Shown: piece after piece, positions 9,307 through 20,500 of the stretch | How the letters are laid out: each line of letters begins with the position of its first letter | Numbering within the stretch: position 1 is the first letter of the stretch | DNA from: a virus | DNA: 64,000 bases | Direction: 5' to 3' (one strand) | IMG/VR virus record: IMGVR_UViG_3300017917_004176 | Span: 28,172-92,171 of that record | Made by a program: the position numbers and the translations under genes | Notes under the pieces: model-generated | The model's input: the letters and a program-made list of their open reading frames with translations, nothing else | What the model was told of the DNA's origin: nothing | Databases searched by the model: none

Positions 9307-9402
9307 TATTTAGGGCGAAGAAATTCGCCCCTAGATTTGAGGGCTTTAAGATTTAAAGTCTTGAAATGTAGTAAAAATATAAAAGAAAAGGTAGGAAAAA
9401 CT

Positions 9403-10371
9403 ATGTCAATTTTTGATATTAAGCCGCATCAAGTAAGTCGAGATTTGCGTGGATACTCTGTATTGTTTTATGGAGAACCAAAATCTGGTAAGACTACAAC
9501 AGCTTCTAAGTTTCCAAAGTCGCTCATCATTGCCTTTGAAAAAGGTTATGCTGCACTTCCTGGAGTTAAAGCTGCACCAGTTAATAGCTGGGGAGACTTC
9601 TTAAAGATTCTTCGTGAATTAAAAGATCCACGAGCAAAAGATCTTTATGAAACTATTATCATTGATACTGCCGACATCGCTTATGATTATTGTGAGCAAT
9701 ATGTTTGTAATATGAATGGTGTTGACGCTATCAATAAAATTCCTTTTGGTGGAGGATATTCTCAAGTTTCAAAAGAGTTTGATTCTAAGCTTCGTACAAT
9801 TATTCAACTAGATTTCGGTTTGGTTTTAATTTCACATGCTACTGATAAAACTTTCACTTCTGAAACTGGAGAAGAATACCACAAAATCGTTCCAACTTTA
9901 CCAAATAAGGCTCGCTTAATTGTTGGTCGTATGTCTGATATTATTGGATATTCTCGTGGAGTAGAAACTGCAGAAGGCAATAAAACTATGTTGTTTATGC
10001 GTGGAACTCAACGATTTGAAGCAGGATCCCGCTTCAAGCATACTCCAGATGCTATCGAATTTACTTATCATAATCTAGTAGATGCTATTGCAGATGCTAT
10101 TGATAAGCAAGCTCAAGAAGATGGAGGTCAGTTTGTTGTCGAGTCAAAAGACAACATCTATAAAAAAGTCGATTTAGACTTTGACTTTCTCATGGAATCA
10201 TTTCAAGAAATCGTTAATGACTTACTTGAAAAAGATAAGGCAAAATACTTCCCTCGCATTACAGAAGTTGTGGAGCGCCATTTGGGTAAAGGCAAAAAAG
10301 CCAGTGAAATGACTCGTGATCAAGCCGAACTATTAGATATTATCGTTTATGAATTAAGAGAATTGTTATAA
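9403..10371 (+). CDS. AAA_24/Sak4-like recombination ATPase
   Basis: YGEPKSGKTT Walker A, IIIDT Walker B, LISH. Start reassigned to ATG 9403. Confidence 0.8.
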   Translation: MSIFDIKPHQVSRDLRGYSVLFYGEPKSGKTTTASKFPKSLIIAFEKGYAALPGVKAAPVNSWGDFLKILRELKDPRAKDLYETIIIDTADIAYDYCEQYVCNMNGVDAINKIPFGGGYSQVSKEFDSKLRTIIQLDFGLVLISHATDKTFTSETGEEYHKIVPTLPNKARLIVGRMSDIIGYSRGVETAEGNKTMLFMRGTQRFEAGSRFKHTPDAIEFTYHNLVDAIADAIDKQAQEDGGQFVVESKDNIYKKVDLDFDFLMESFQEIVNDLLEKDKAKYFPRITEVVERHLGKGKKASEMTRDQAELLDIIVYELRELL

Positions 10372-10380
10372 AAATTAATT

Positions 10381-10409
10381 GGGGAGGCTAACAACCTCCC
10401 TTTTATTTT
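10381..10409 (+). terminator. Rho-independent terminator
   Basis: GGGAGG/CCTCCC stem plus T-rich tail. Confidence 0.65.
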
Positions 10410-10423
10410 AGGGTGGTATTGGT

Positions 10424-10924
10424 ATGAGTAGATTAGTAAAATGTTTATATTGCGAAAAAACAATAAATAGACAACAAGAATCTTTTGTTCAAAAGAATTC
10501 TCGATATGCTCATACTCAATGCGACCAAGAGCATAATAGAGAACAATTTGAAAGAGATGGTTTAACTGACTACATTATAAAGCTTTTTGGTGATAGAGTT
10601 AATTTTGGAATGGTTGGCAAACAAATTAAAAACTTTTCTGATGATTATGATTATACTTTATCAGGAATAAAAGGAACTCTTTATTATTGTTATGAAGTAA
10701 AAAAGATGAACATTAATATGGCGCAGGGAATAGGTATCGTTCCATATTATTACAATGAAGCTAAAAACTATTTTGAAAAAGTTGAAAAACAAAGATTAAA
10801 TATTGGTGTTGATTTCACTCCATACAAAAAGAAATCTGTTTATATAAAATCTCCAAGAACATCTGTCCTAAAGCCAGCAGAGTCTTTAGATGATTTGGAA
10901 AGGTGGTTGCTAGAAAATGAGTAA
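10424..10924 (+). CDS. Zn-finger protein upstream of helicase (possible loader)
   Basis: CLYC...HTQC; GIGIVPY; overlaps dnaB start. Confidence 0.6.
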   Translation: MSRLVKCLYCEKTINRQQESFVQKNSRYAHTQCDQEHNREQFERDGLTDYIIKLFGDRVNFGMVGKQIKNFSDDYDYTLSGIKGTLYYCYEVKKMNINMAQGIGIVPYYYNEAKNYFEKVEKQRLNIGVDFTPYKKKSVYIKSPRTSVLKPAESLDDLERWLLENE

Positions 10925-12455
10925 TAACTCATTATATGATACTAAGTCTACTATACAAGTATTAGCAGGATTATACAAAAATCCAAATTTGTTTGATAGA
11001 TACGATAAATATTCTTTGAGCTGGCAAGATTTCAATATTCCTATACATCGAATTATTTTTAATGCTCTTCATAATCTAACTATGCAAGGTGTTAAGAATC
11101 CAGGTGTAGTTGATATAGAAAATTATCTTTTCGCAAGAGCACAAATAAAAGAAATATATGATAAAGAAAATGGGGCGCAATTTCTTCAACATCTCGAGTC
11201 TCTTGCGGACTTGAGTAATTTTGACTATTATTACAACAGAATGAAAAAGTTTTCTTTGCTTGCGTCTTTTTATGATAATGGTATAGATATTTCTACCATT
11301 TATAATAAAGACATTATAGATCCTGCTGTGAAGCGGAAGCAAGAAGATTATATTGATAATTTATCTATTGATGAATTAGTTTCTATAATAAATAATAAAA
11401 TAGAAGAAATTACTAAAAGTTTATTAGGAAGTACGATTTCAGAAACAAAACAAATTGGAGAAGGTCTTTCAGACTTAATTGAAAGCTATAAAATTCAACC
11501 AGAAATCGGGATCCCATTATATGGCCCCCTCATTAATACTATAACTCGAGGTGCTCGATTAAAAAAGTTTTATTTGCGATCCGCTCCAACCGGAGTTGGT
11601 AAAACTCGTATGATGATGGCAGATGTTTGTAACTTTGCAACCGATAAAATTTTTGACTTAACTAAAAATACTTGGGTTGAAAATGGAACATCAGAGCCTT
11701 CTTTGTTTATTACAACAGAGTTAGAAATAGATGAGTGTCAAACAATGGCATTGGCATTCTTAAGTGGAGTGCAAGAGGAAAAGATATTGAATGGCTCATA
11801 TGATTCTTATGAACATAAACGCATAACTCAGGCAGCTAAAGTTTTAGAAAAATCTCCATTGTGGATTGAGCACTTACCAAACTTTTCTTTAAGAGATATT
11901 GAAAGTGTGATACGTAGGCATGTAAGAGAGAATGGTGTTCGATATATAGCATTTGATTATTTGCACACTTCATTAAGAATATTAGAAGAGATTTCTCAAA
12001 AAGCAAAAGGTATAGCTTTACGAGAAGACAATGTTCTTTTTATGATAGCTATTAAAATAAAAGACTTATGTAATGAGCTTGGAGTTTTTATCTTATCTGG
12101 TACGCAATTAAATGCAGACTGGGAGAGTAGAGGAACTTCAAATCAAAACGTACTTCGTGGGGCAAAAGCGATAGCAGATAAAATTGACTTAGGTATTATT
12201 TCTGTACCAGTAACAGATGAAGATCGAGAGTCTTTAAAGAACTTTGTTACAGCCAATGTTTTGCCTATGCCAAATTTAGTTCACCATATCTATAAAAATA
12301 GACGTGGGAAATTTAAATCTGTTAAGCTTTGGTGTAGTGCAGATCTAGGAATTTGCAGAGTAACCCCTTTATTTTTAACTGATGATAATTATAACTTAAT
12401 TGAAATTGAAGACTTGGATATTATTGTTGAGAATGAAATAGACTTGACCAAATAA
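10917..12455 (+). CDS. dnaB: DnaB-like replicative helicase
   Basis: SAPTGVGKT, ITTEL, FDYLH, TQLN, KNRRG motifs. Confidence 0.9.
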   Translation: MSNNSLYDTKSTIQVLAGLYKNPNLFDRYDKYSLSWQDFNIPIHRIIFNALHNLTMQGVKNPGVVDIENYLFARAQIKEIYDKENGAQFLQHLESLADLSNFDYYYNRMKKFSLLASFYDNGIDISTIYNKDIIDPAVKRKQEDYIDNLSIDELVSIINNKIEEITKSLLGSTISETKQIGEGLSDLIESYKIQPEIGIPLYGPLINTITRGARLKKFYLRSAPTGVGKTRMMMADVCNFATDKIFDLTKNTWVENGTSEPSLFITTELEIDECQTMALAFLSGVQEEKILNGSYDSYEHKRITQAAKVLEKSPLWIEHLPNFSLRDIESVIRRHVRENGVRYIAFDYLHTSLRILEEISQKAKGIALREDNVLFMIAIKIKDLCNELGVFILSGTQLNADWESRGTSNQNVLRGAKAIADKIDLGIISVPVTDEDRESLKNFVTANVLPMPNLVHHIYKNRRGKFKSVKLWCSADLGICRVTPLFLTDDNYNLIEIEDLDIIVENEIDLTK

Positions 12456-12472
12456 TAAAAAAATGTTATAAT
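12444..12472 (+). promoter_or_regulatory. Sigma-A-type promoter
   Basis: TTGACC-17-TATAAT with extended TG. Confidence 0.75.
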
Positions 12473-12487
12473 AAAAATAAAAAGGAT

Positions 12488-13570
12488 GTGGTTTTTATCT
12501 ACGATAAAGACCTAGTAAAAATAGAATTAAAAACCGAAGAAATCCTTAGAATACTGCAAAAGCTTGGTGCGGCAGAGCCATATACGAAAGATGGAAATAT
12601 TGTTCTTGAAACTATATGTCACAACCCACCAGGCGAAGGCAGTAATAAATTATACTATTATCCAAATACAGGATTATTTAAATGCTATACTCATTGTGGC
12701 GAAAGCTTTGATATTTATGAGTTAATAATAAAAAATAATAAGGCTTCTAATGTTTCAGAAGCAATGAAGTGGATAGATAGAAATATAAAAGGATTTTCTA
12801 TTAATCAAAATGATTCAGAAGAATGGCAAATAACAAAAAGCTATAGAGATTTGTTTTCTATAGAACGAGGATTCAAAGAACAAGATATAATAATTTATGA
12901 TAAAAAAGTTTTGTCTGTCTTGCCCTTCTATATTATTAAAGATTGGCTTGATGAAGGTATCTCTGTTCGAGCTATGCAACAATTTGAAATTAAGTTTAAT
13001 CCAGTAAATAATTCAGTTATTATTCCACACTTTGATATAGATGGAAATCTAATTGGAATTAGACAGCGAACACTAGTAAAAGAAGATGAGATATATGGTA
13101 AATATAAACCTGCCACGATAGATGGTAAAATGTATAATCATCCTTTATCTGTTGCTGCTTACGGCCTAAACTTAAATAAAGATAATATTAAAAAAAGTAA
13201 AATAGCTATTATCTTTGAAGGAGAAAAGTCAGTTCTTCTTTATGAAAGTTATTTTGGCAGAAAGAGAAATATATCTGTTGCTTGTTGTGGATCATCAATT
13301 TCAGAATCTCAAATAGATGAATTGATAAAAGCAGGCGCGGAAGAAATTTGTATTGCTTTTGATAAAGAGTTTCACTTATTGGGTGATTCAGACTATCAAC
13401 TTCAAGTAAAACATTTAAATCATATATTTAACAAGTATAAAGAAAAAGCTTTAATTAGTTTTATATTTGACAAGGAAAATAAGCTTGGTTATAAAGATGC
13501 CCCTATAGATAGAGGTGAAGATACTTTCATTTATCTTTTTAATCAAAGATTTACATTGAAAGAGGAATGA
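12488..13570 (+). CDS. DNA primase (Zn-binding + TOPRIM)
   Basis: CHN...FKCYTHC, IIPH, FEGEKS, AFDKE, KDAP. Confidence 0.85.
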   Translation: MVFIYDKDLVKIELKTEEILRILQKLGAAEPYTKDGNIVLETICHNPPGEGSNKLYYYPNTGLFKCYTHCGESFDIYELIIKNNKASNVSEAMKWIDRNIKGFSINQNDSEEWQITKSYRDLFSIERGFKEQDIIIYDKKVLSVLPFYIIKDWLDEGISVRAMQQFEIKFNPVNNSVIIPHFDIDGNLIGIRQRTLVKEDEIYGKYKPATIDGKMYNHPLSVAAYGLNLNKDNIKKSKIAIIFEGEKSVLLYESYFGRKRNISVACCGSSISESQIDELIKAGAEEICIAFDKEFHLLGDSDYQLQVKHLNHIFNKYKEKALISFIFDKENKLGYKDAPIDRGEDTFIYLFNQRFTLKEE

Positions 13571-15309
13571 AAATGAAATATGCTTTAATATCAGAACCAA
13601 AACATAATTTAACTACTATAGAACAAATATTAGTTAATAGGGGAATTGAGATTTCAAAAATCAATAATTATATAAGAACAACTGATGATGTTTTATATAG
13701 TCCCCTATTATTAAACAATATAGAAAATGGAATTGACATTTTACTGAGTCACTTAGAAAAAAAATCTAAGATACTTTTACAACTTGATTCTGATTGTGAT
13801 GGATATACATCTGGCGCATTGCTATTAAATTATTTATATGCAGTTAATTCTGAATGGTTAAATAATATAGATTTCAGAGTTCATTCTGGAAAAGAACATG
13901 GTTTAGACTTTGCGCTAATTGAATCATTAACATCTGATGACTATCAATTAATTCTTGTGCCAGATGCAAGCTCAAATGAATATGAAATTCATGCCCTACT
14001 TAAATCTAAGAAAATAGATTGTTTAATTATTGACCACCATGAAGCTCCTGCTCAATCTGAAAATGCGATTGTTATAAATCCCCAATTAGATGACTACCCA
14101 AATAAAAATCTCAGTGCTGTTGGAGTTGTTTATAAATTTTGTAAACTATTAGACTCAAAACTCGGTGTAGATTTAGCAGACAATTTTTTAGATTTAGTTG
14201 CTCTTGGAATGGTTGCAGATATGATGGATATAAGAGAGCTTGAAACTAAGCATTTAATTTCTAAGGGTATTATTAATATAAGAAATCCTTTTATTAAAAG
14301 CTTAATCGAAAGACAATCTAATTCTTTAAAAGATGGATTAAGTCCAAATAGTTTTGGTTTTTATATTGCACCTTTAATAAATGCAACTATAAGAATAGGA
14401 ACAGAAGAAGAAAAGCTAACTATGTTTAAAGGCTTTTTAGATAAGTATGCTAATGAAGAAATGGATTCAACAAAGCGAGGCGCCAAGCCAGGAGAAACTG
14501 AAACGTTTGCTGATAGAGCTGCTAGACAGTCTATGAATATAAAAAATCGACAAGCAAAAATGAGAGACGAAGGTATAGCTTTAATTGAAGAGATTATTCA
14601 ACGAGAATCTTTAAATGACAATAAAGTTTTAGTTGTTGTTCTAGACCAAGATATAGATAAAAATTTATCTGGTTTAATAGCAAATAAAATAATGTCTAAA
14701 TACAAAAAACCAGTTTTAATTTTAAGAAACAATAATGAAACTTTAAATGGCTCTGCAAGAGGATATGAGAAGTCTGAGTTGCGCGACTTTAAATTATTCT
14801 TAAATGATTCTGGATTAGTAAATTATGCAGAGGGCCACGCTAACGCGTTTGGAGCGGGAATAGATAAGGATAAGCTTGAAAACTTTATCGAATATTCTAA
14901 TGAACAATTAAAAGATTTTGATTTTAGTGCAACCCATTTAGTTGATTTTATTTGGGACTCTGAGACTCTAACTTCCCAAGATATTTTTGATGTAGCGAAT
15001 CTTAGAAGTTTTTGGGGCAAAGGTGTAGAAGAAGCTTTAATTTGTATCAAGGGATTAAAAGTAACTAAAGATAGAATTGCATTGCTTTCTCCAGATAAAA
15101 GCCCTACAATAAAGATTAATTTTAAAGGAATTGATTTTATTAAATTTGGTTCGAGTCAACAAGAATTTGAATCTCTTCGTGCTGATACTGGATATATAGA
15201 AATCGATATAGTTGGAAAATGCTCTATAAATGAATGGAATGGTAATATCACAGCCCAAGTTTTTATTGAAGACTATGCAATCAAAGATACTAAGGCTTGG
15301 TATTTCTAA
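13567..15309 (+). CDS. recJ: RecJ-like ssDNA exonuclease (DHH/DHHA1)
   Basis: DSDCDG, IDHH, ALGMVADMM, GSARG, GHANAFG. Confidence 0.92.
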   Translation: MKMKYALISEPKHNLTTIEQILVNRGIEISKINNYIRTTDDVLYSPLLLNNIENGIDILLSHLEKKSKILLQLDSDCDGYTSGALLLNYLYAVNSEWLNNIDFRVHSGKEHGLDFALIESLTSDDYQLILVPDASSNEYEIHALLKSKKIDCLIIDHHEAPAQSENAIVINPQLDDYPNKNLSAVGVVYKFCKLLDSKLGVDLADNFLDLVALGMVADMMDIRELETKHLISKGIINIRNPFIKSLIERQSNSLKDGLSPNSFGFYIAPLINATIRIGTEEEKLTMFKGFLDKYANEEMDSTKRGAKPGETETFADRAARQSMNIKNRQAKMRDEGIALIEEIIQRESLNDNKVLVVVLDQDIDKNLSGLIANKIMSKYKKPVLILRNNNETLNGSARGYEKSELRDFKLFLNDSGLVNYAEGHANAFGAGIDKDKLENFIEYSNEQLKDFDFSATHLVDFIWDSETLTSQDIFDVANLRSFWGKGVEEALICIKGLKVTKDRIALLSPDKSPTIKINFKGIDFIKFGSSQQEFESLRADTGYIEIDIVGKCSINEWNGNITAQVFIEDYAIKDTKAWYF

Positions 15310-15420
15310 AAGAAAATGGTTGGTTAATTAAATATAATCAATCATTTTTTCTTTTTATATTATACAGCAAGAGAAAAATAAAATATCTCTTAGAGTAAAA
15401 TTAATAGGAGATGGTGGTTT

Positions 15421-15672
15421 TTGTCTCAAAATTTAATTGATTTTTTTATTATGCAAGGTCCATATGCAGTCTTGTTTGTCCTACTTTTGGTTCATACTCA
15501 AAAGCAGGCGACTAAACGAGAAGAAAGATTAATGGAACACCTTGAGAAAACATCACAAACTTTATCAGCTATCCACTTTAACTTAATGGAACTTGAAGCC
15601 AAATTAATGGATCAGGACGCTAAGTTAGATGAGATATGGGAAGAAATTCAAAATGTCAAGGAGGAAGAATAA
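15421..15672 (+). CDS. BhlA/UviB-family holin-like protein
   Basis: QGPYAVLFVLLL transmembrane segment followed by KREERLM coiled coil. Confidence 0.8.
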   Translation: MSQNLIDFFIMQGPYAVLFVLLLVHTQKQATKREERLMEHLEKTSQTLSAIHFNLMELEAKLMDQDAKLDEIWEEIQNVKEEE

Positions 15673-15968
15673 TGTTTGGAATTAACAAAGCAATGTTAGA
15701 GTCTTATCTTCGTAGTTTACTTGGACAAGTTTTTGCAGCAGTAGCTGTAGTAATGGGCGCAGAAGGTCTTGCTAGTCCATTAGAGTTTGGTGCTGGAGAA
15801 TGGATCTTAGTAGCAAATGCTCTTTGGGCATCTTTACTTCCAGTAGCTTTACGCTATTTCAATTCTAAAGATCCAGCATTCGGCCGTGTAGCCGCAACAG
15901 TTGGAACTGAAGTTGGAAAAAAACTTGAAGCAGAAGGCAAAAAAAGAAGTAAAAAAGCAGCGAAGTAA
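15672..15968 (+). CDS. Putative holin (2 TM, basic C-terminus)
   Basis: TAATG coupling to previous gene; LESYLRS...LPVALRYFNSKDPAFGR. Confidence 0.65.
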   Translation: MFGINKAMLESYLRSLLGQVFAAVAVVMGAEGLASPLEFGAGEWILVANALWASLLPVALRYFNSKDPAFGRVAATVGTEVGKKLEAEGKKRSKKAAK

Positions 15969-15977
15969 ATAAAGTTA

Positions 15978-16012
15978 GGGTTAAGAGCCAAAAGCTCTTA
16001 GCCCATTTCTTT
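15978..16012 (+). terminator. Rho-independent terminator
   Basis: GGGTTAAGAGC/GCTCTTAGCCC stem plus T-rich tail. Confidence 0.7.
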
Positions 16013-16018
16013 GTTTTA

Positions 16019-16047
16019 TTGACACAATTTTAAAAATATAGTATAAT
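16019..16047 (+). promoter_or_regulatory. Sigma-A consensus promoter
   Basis: TTGACA-17-TATAAT. Confidence 0.85.
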
Positions 16048-16067
16048 AAATATAGAGGTGAAAAATA

Positions 16068-17156
16068 GTGAATCTTACTGAAGAACAAGAATTAGCCATT
16101 AGAGTTGTTAAGCAAAAACTAATGATAGGCCAACCAATAGTTACTATCGCTGGATATGCGGGTACTGGTAAGACAACACTAATTAAATATATTATAGATG
16201 ACCTAAGAATTGAAATGAGACAAGTTGCATTTGCTACTTTTACAGGTAAGGCTGCATTTGTCCTTCAACAAAAAGGCATTCCTGCTATGACATTACATGC
16301 CTTATTTTTTAATTCTTATAGATTAAAGAGTAATAATTTTATTCATAAAAAAAAGAAATATTTAGATTTACCATATAAACTTATTGTGATAGATGAAATT
16401 TCTATGGTAAGTTTAGATATGTTGCAGACAGCAGTTTCTTTTAAGATTCCAATAATAGCTCTTGGTGATATTGGTCAGCTTCCTCCAATAGGATATGATA
16501 ATGGCTTGTTAGCAAAACCAGATGTTGTTTTAACAGAAATTATGCGACAAGAAAAAGATAGTCCTATCATAGAATTATCATTTAATATACGAAAAGGACT
16601 GCCTTTACAAGAACAAGAAAATGAACATGTTGTTGTTGTAAAAAAAGAAAATATAAATACAAATTATTTATTAGAGGCCGACCAAGTATTATGTGGCTAT
16701 AATGAAACCAGAGTGTATTTAAATGAAAAACTAAGAACTGGATATGAATTACCAGAACCCTTTCCATCTCCAGGAGATAAAGTTATTTGCTTGAGAAATA
16801 ACTGGGAAAAATTTTCTGATATAAATAAGCTACCACTTGTAAATGGATCTATAGGATATTTAGCCAGAATAGATAAAAAGATTTCTGAGACGGAAATACA
16901 AGCTACTTTTGCCCTTGACTATGTTCAAGATGGATATCATAAATTAAATATGACATTCGACTCAAAAAATAAAGATAAGAAGTTTAATGAATTTGATTTG
17001 GCTTATGCTGTTACAGTTCATAAATCACAGGGAAGTCAGTGGAATTCTGTTTTTGTTTTTGAAGAAGTTGTTAATTCTAAGCACCATGCAAAATGGCTTT
17101 ATACTGCAGTTACTAGAGCAATAAATAAAATTATTATAGTCAAGGGAGATTATTAA
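16068..17156 (+). CDS. RecD/Dda-like SF1B helicase
   Basis: GYAGTGKT, DEISMV, GDIGQLPPI, TVHKSQGSQW, YTAVTRA. Confidence 0.9.
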   Translation: MNLTEEQELAIRVVKQKLMIGQPIVTIAGYAGTGKTTLIKYIIDDLRIEMRQVAFATFTGKAAFVLQQKGIPAMTLHALFFNSYRLKSNNFIHKKKKYLDLPYKLIVIDEISMVSLDMLQTAVSFKIPIIALGDIGQLPPIGYDNGLLAKPDVVLTEIMRQEKDSPIIELSFNIRKGLPLQEQENEHVVVVKKENINTNYLLEADQVLCGYNETRVYLNEKLRTGYELPEPFPSPGDKVICLRNNWEKFSDINKLPLVNGSIGYLARIDKKISETEIQATFALDYVQDGYHKLNMTFDSKNKDKKFNEFDLAYAVTVHKSQGSQWNSVFVFEEVVNSKHHAKWLYTAVTRAINKIIIVKGDY

Positions 17157-17157
17157 A

Positions 17158-17511
17158 ATGTCGTATGAAACTAAGGGTTATCATGTTATTGCTGATATGT
17201 GGACTTGTGACGAAGATATACTGGACAGTCTACAAAAAATGAGAAAAATTTGCGAAGATGCAATTGAACTAGGTGGAGCTACATTAGTAGATGTTTCATA
17301 TAAAAAATTTACGCCTCAGGGACTAACGATGTTATTTTTATTAGAAGAATCTCACTTAAGTGTTCATACTTATCCAGAACATAGATATATGTCATTTGAT
17401 TGCTATACTTGTGGCTCAAATACAGACCCAGTTGCGATTTTTGAGTATGTAAAAAAAGAAGTTGGTTCGGGTTATGTTAAATTAAACTTTTTAAATCGTG
17501 GTAAATTTTAA
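17158..17511 (+). CDS. speD: S-adenosylmethionine decarboxylase proenzyme (pyruvoyl, class 1B)
   Basis: LLEESHLSVHTYPE self-cleavage motif, DCYTCG. Confidence 0.88.
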   Translation: MSYETKGYHVIADMWTCDEDILDSLQKMRKICEDAIELGGATLVDVSYKKFTPQGLTMLFLLEESHLSVHTYPEHRYMSFDCYTCGSNTDPVAIFEYVKKEVGSGYVKLNFLNRGKF

Positions 17512-17527
17512 TTAGAGGAGGGTTTAT

Positions 17528-20500
17528 GTGGCTTATACTTCAATTCATAATCACACGCACTATTCAAATTTGCGCTTATTAGATTGCATTATAAGGCCTA
17601 CAGACCTTATAGATGAAGCTTATAAATTGGGCTTAAAAGGTATAGCCATAACTGATCATGAGTCTTTATCGGCTCATATTGAAGCTATACAACATTATAA
17701 AAAGAAATATCTAAATACTGATTTCAAACTTATTTTAGGAAATGAAATATATTTAGTAGATGAAAAAAAGAGCGGTTCTCAATATTATCATTTTATAATT
17801 TTGTCTAAAAATAAGACTGGTCATAGAGCACTAAGAGAACTTTCTTCAATAGCTTGGAGAGATAGTTATTTTGATCGCGGCATGGAGCGAGTTCCAGTTA
17901 CTAAAGATGAGCTTAGAGAAGTAGTTAAAAAATATCCTGGGTCTTTGATGGCAACATCTGCGTGTATAGGTGGAGAGCTTTCTCAAAATATACTAAGATT
18001 AATTGTAGCTGAAAATTTAAATGACCAAGAAAAGATAAAAGAATATAAGTCAAATATAACTGAATTCCTCTTTTTTATGAAAGAAGTATTTGAGAATGAT
18101 TTTTATCTTGAGATAGCACCAAACTCTTCAGAGGAGCAACGTATTGTAAATACAAGAATGAAATCAATTTCTAACTTCTTTGAAATACCAATTTTATTTG
18201 CCAGCGATTCTCACTATCTAAAAAAAGAAGACCGTGAAATTCATAAAGCATTTTTAAACTCCAAAGATGGTGAGCGAGAAGTTGATGATTTTTATACAAC
18301 AGCCTTTTTAATGTCACCCGAGGATGCCTGGGATTATCTTAAAGAAGACTTTTCTCAAGATGAATTTCAAGAGATGATGAATGTTTCTAATACTATTTAT
18401 GATAAAGTTGAATTTTATGATTTATATAAACCGCAGATAATTCCTAATGTAGAGTTAAACATAAAAGGTACAAAATTCAAAGACTTAGAAAAGTATGAAT
18501 ATGTTTTGGCTCTTTTGAATAGCGATAACATCCAAGATAAATATTGGGCAGAAACTTGTTTAAATAGATTGGCCGAGATAAAACTTTGGAATGATGTTTA
18601 TCTTTCAAGATTAGATGATGAAGCCAAAGAGATATATTTAATTTCTAAAAACTTAGATCTACAAATGACTTCATATTATAATACCATGTCCAAGATTATG
18701 GATATTGTATGGGAAGGCGGAGATTCTCTAGTTGGAGTTGCCCGAGGATCTGCCACTGGATTTCTTTCTTGTTATCTATTGCAAATAACTCAATTAGACC
18801 CAATAAAATGGAAGCTCCCACATTGGAGACATTTAACTTCATCTCGACCAGAGTTACCAGACATAGACTTTGATACTCAAGCCCTAAGGCGAGGTCAAAT
18901 ATTAGAAGCCATCAAAGATTTCTTTGGTGAAAAGAATGTGTTAAATATTTGTACATTTGGAACAGAGGGTCCGAAGTCAGCTATCTTAACAGCTTGTCGA
19001 GGATTAGGAATTGATTCTGATATTGGTTTATATTTAACAGGAATGATTCCACAAGAACGAGGCTTTACATGGCCATTACAAGATTGTCTTTATGGAAACA
19101 AAGAAAAAGGTCGAGAGCCAATTCATCAACTTAAAAAAGAAGTTGAGAAATATGATAAGCTTGAAGAAGTCATTTTAAAGATTGAAGGTCTAGTAAATAA
19201 GCGCTCTATACACGCAGCAGGAATTTATATATTCAATGATGGCTTTGAAGAAATGAATGCTTTAATGAGAGCGCCTAATGGTCAAGCGATAACTCAGTGG
19301 GATATGTCTGACTCAGATTATATGGGCTGTTTAAAATATGATTTTTTAACTGTTGAGGCACTAGATAAAATTCGTGTTGCCCTAGATCTTTTAATAGAAG
19401 ATAATTTTATTCAATGGCAAGGCAGTTTAAAAGAAACATATAATAAATATTTGCATCCAGATATTTTAGATTATTCAACTGAAATGTGGGAAGCTGCCAG
19501 TAATGGCGAAGTAATAAATCTATTTCAATTTGATACACTAGTTGGTGGTCAAGCTATTAAAAAAGTTAAGCCTAAATCTCTAGAAGATGCAGCATCTGCA
19601 AACTCTTTAATGAGATTAATGCCACTTGAAGATGGAACGGTTCCTGTAGATAAATATATTAAATTCAAAAATGATTTAAAGCTTTGGTATAGAGAAATGA
19701 AAAACTTTGGTTTGACCGAAGAAGAAATGAAAATGCTTGAACCACATTATCTTCCTGTATATGGAGTTCCAAATACACAAGAAGATATGATGGAAGTTTT
19801 AATGAATCTAGACTTAATCGGTTTTTCTATTGAAGAGGCAAACTATGCTCGTAAGATAGTTGGTAAAAAGAAAATGGATGAAATTCCAAAGTTAAAAAAT
19901 ATGATTTATACAAAAGCTAAAATAAGAAAAAATGTTGTTGACTATATTTATTATACTGCTATTGAGCCGCAATTAGGATATTCGTTTAGCAGAAATCATA
20001 CTATGCCTTATACAACAATTGCCCTGCAAGAATTAAATCTTTTTAATAAATATCCTACTCTTTATTGGAATACTGCCTGCTTAACTATTAATGCGGGTGC
20101 GGCAGATGAGGTTGAAGGTAAAGGAACAGACTATGCCAAGATGGCTGCTGCGATAGGATATATAAAATCTCAGGGCGTAGAAGTTTCATTGGCCAATATA
20201 AATAAATCGAGCTTTGGCTTTAAACCCGATTTAAAAAATGATCGAATATTATATGGACTAAAAAGCATTTCAAACTTGGGCGACGATATTTCAAAACTTA
20301 TAATTGAAAACCGTCCATATGAATCTATGGAGGACTTTATTGAAAAGTGTAGTCCTTCTAAGACTGCAATGGTTTCTTTAATAAAAGCTGGTGCCTTTGA
20401 TGAGATTGAAGGCAAGCCCCGAGAAGAAATAATGAAAAACTATATTGCTTCTACTATTGAGGTTAAGAAAAGGATTACTCTTCAAAATATGCCTGTTTTA

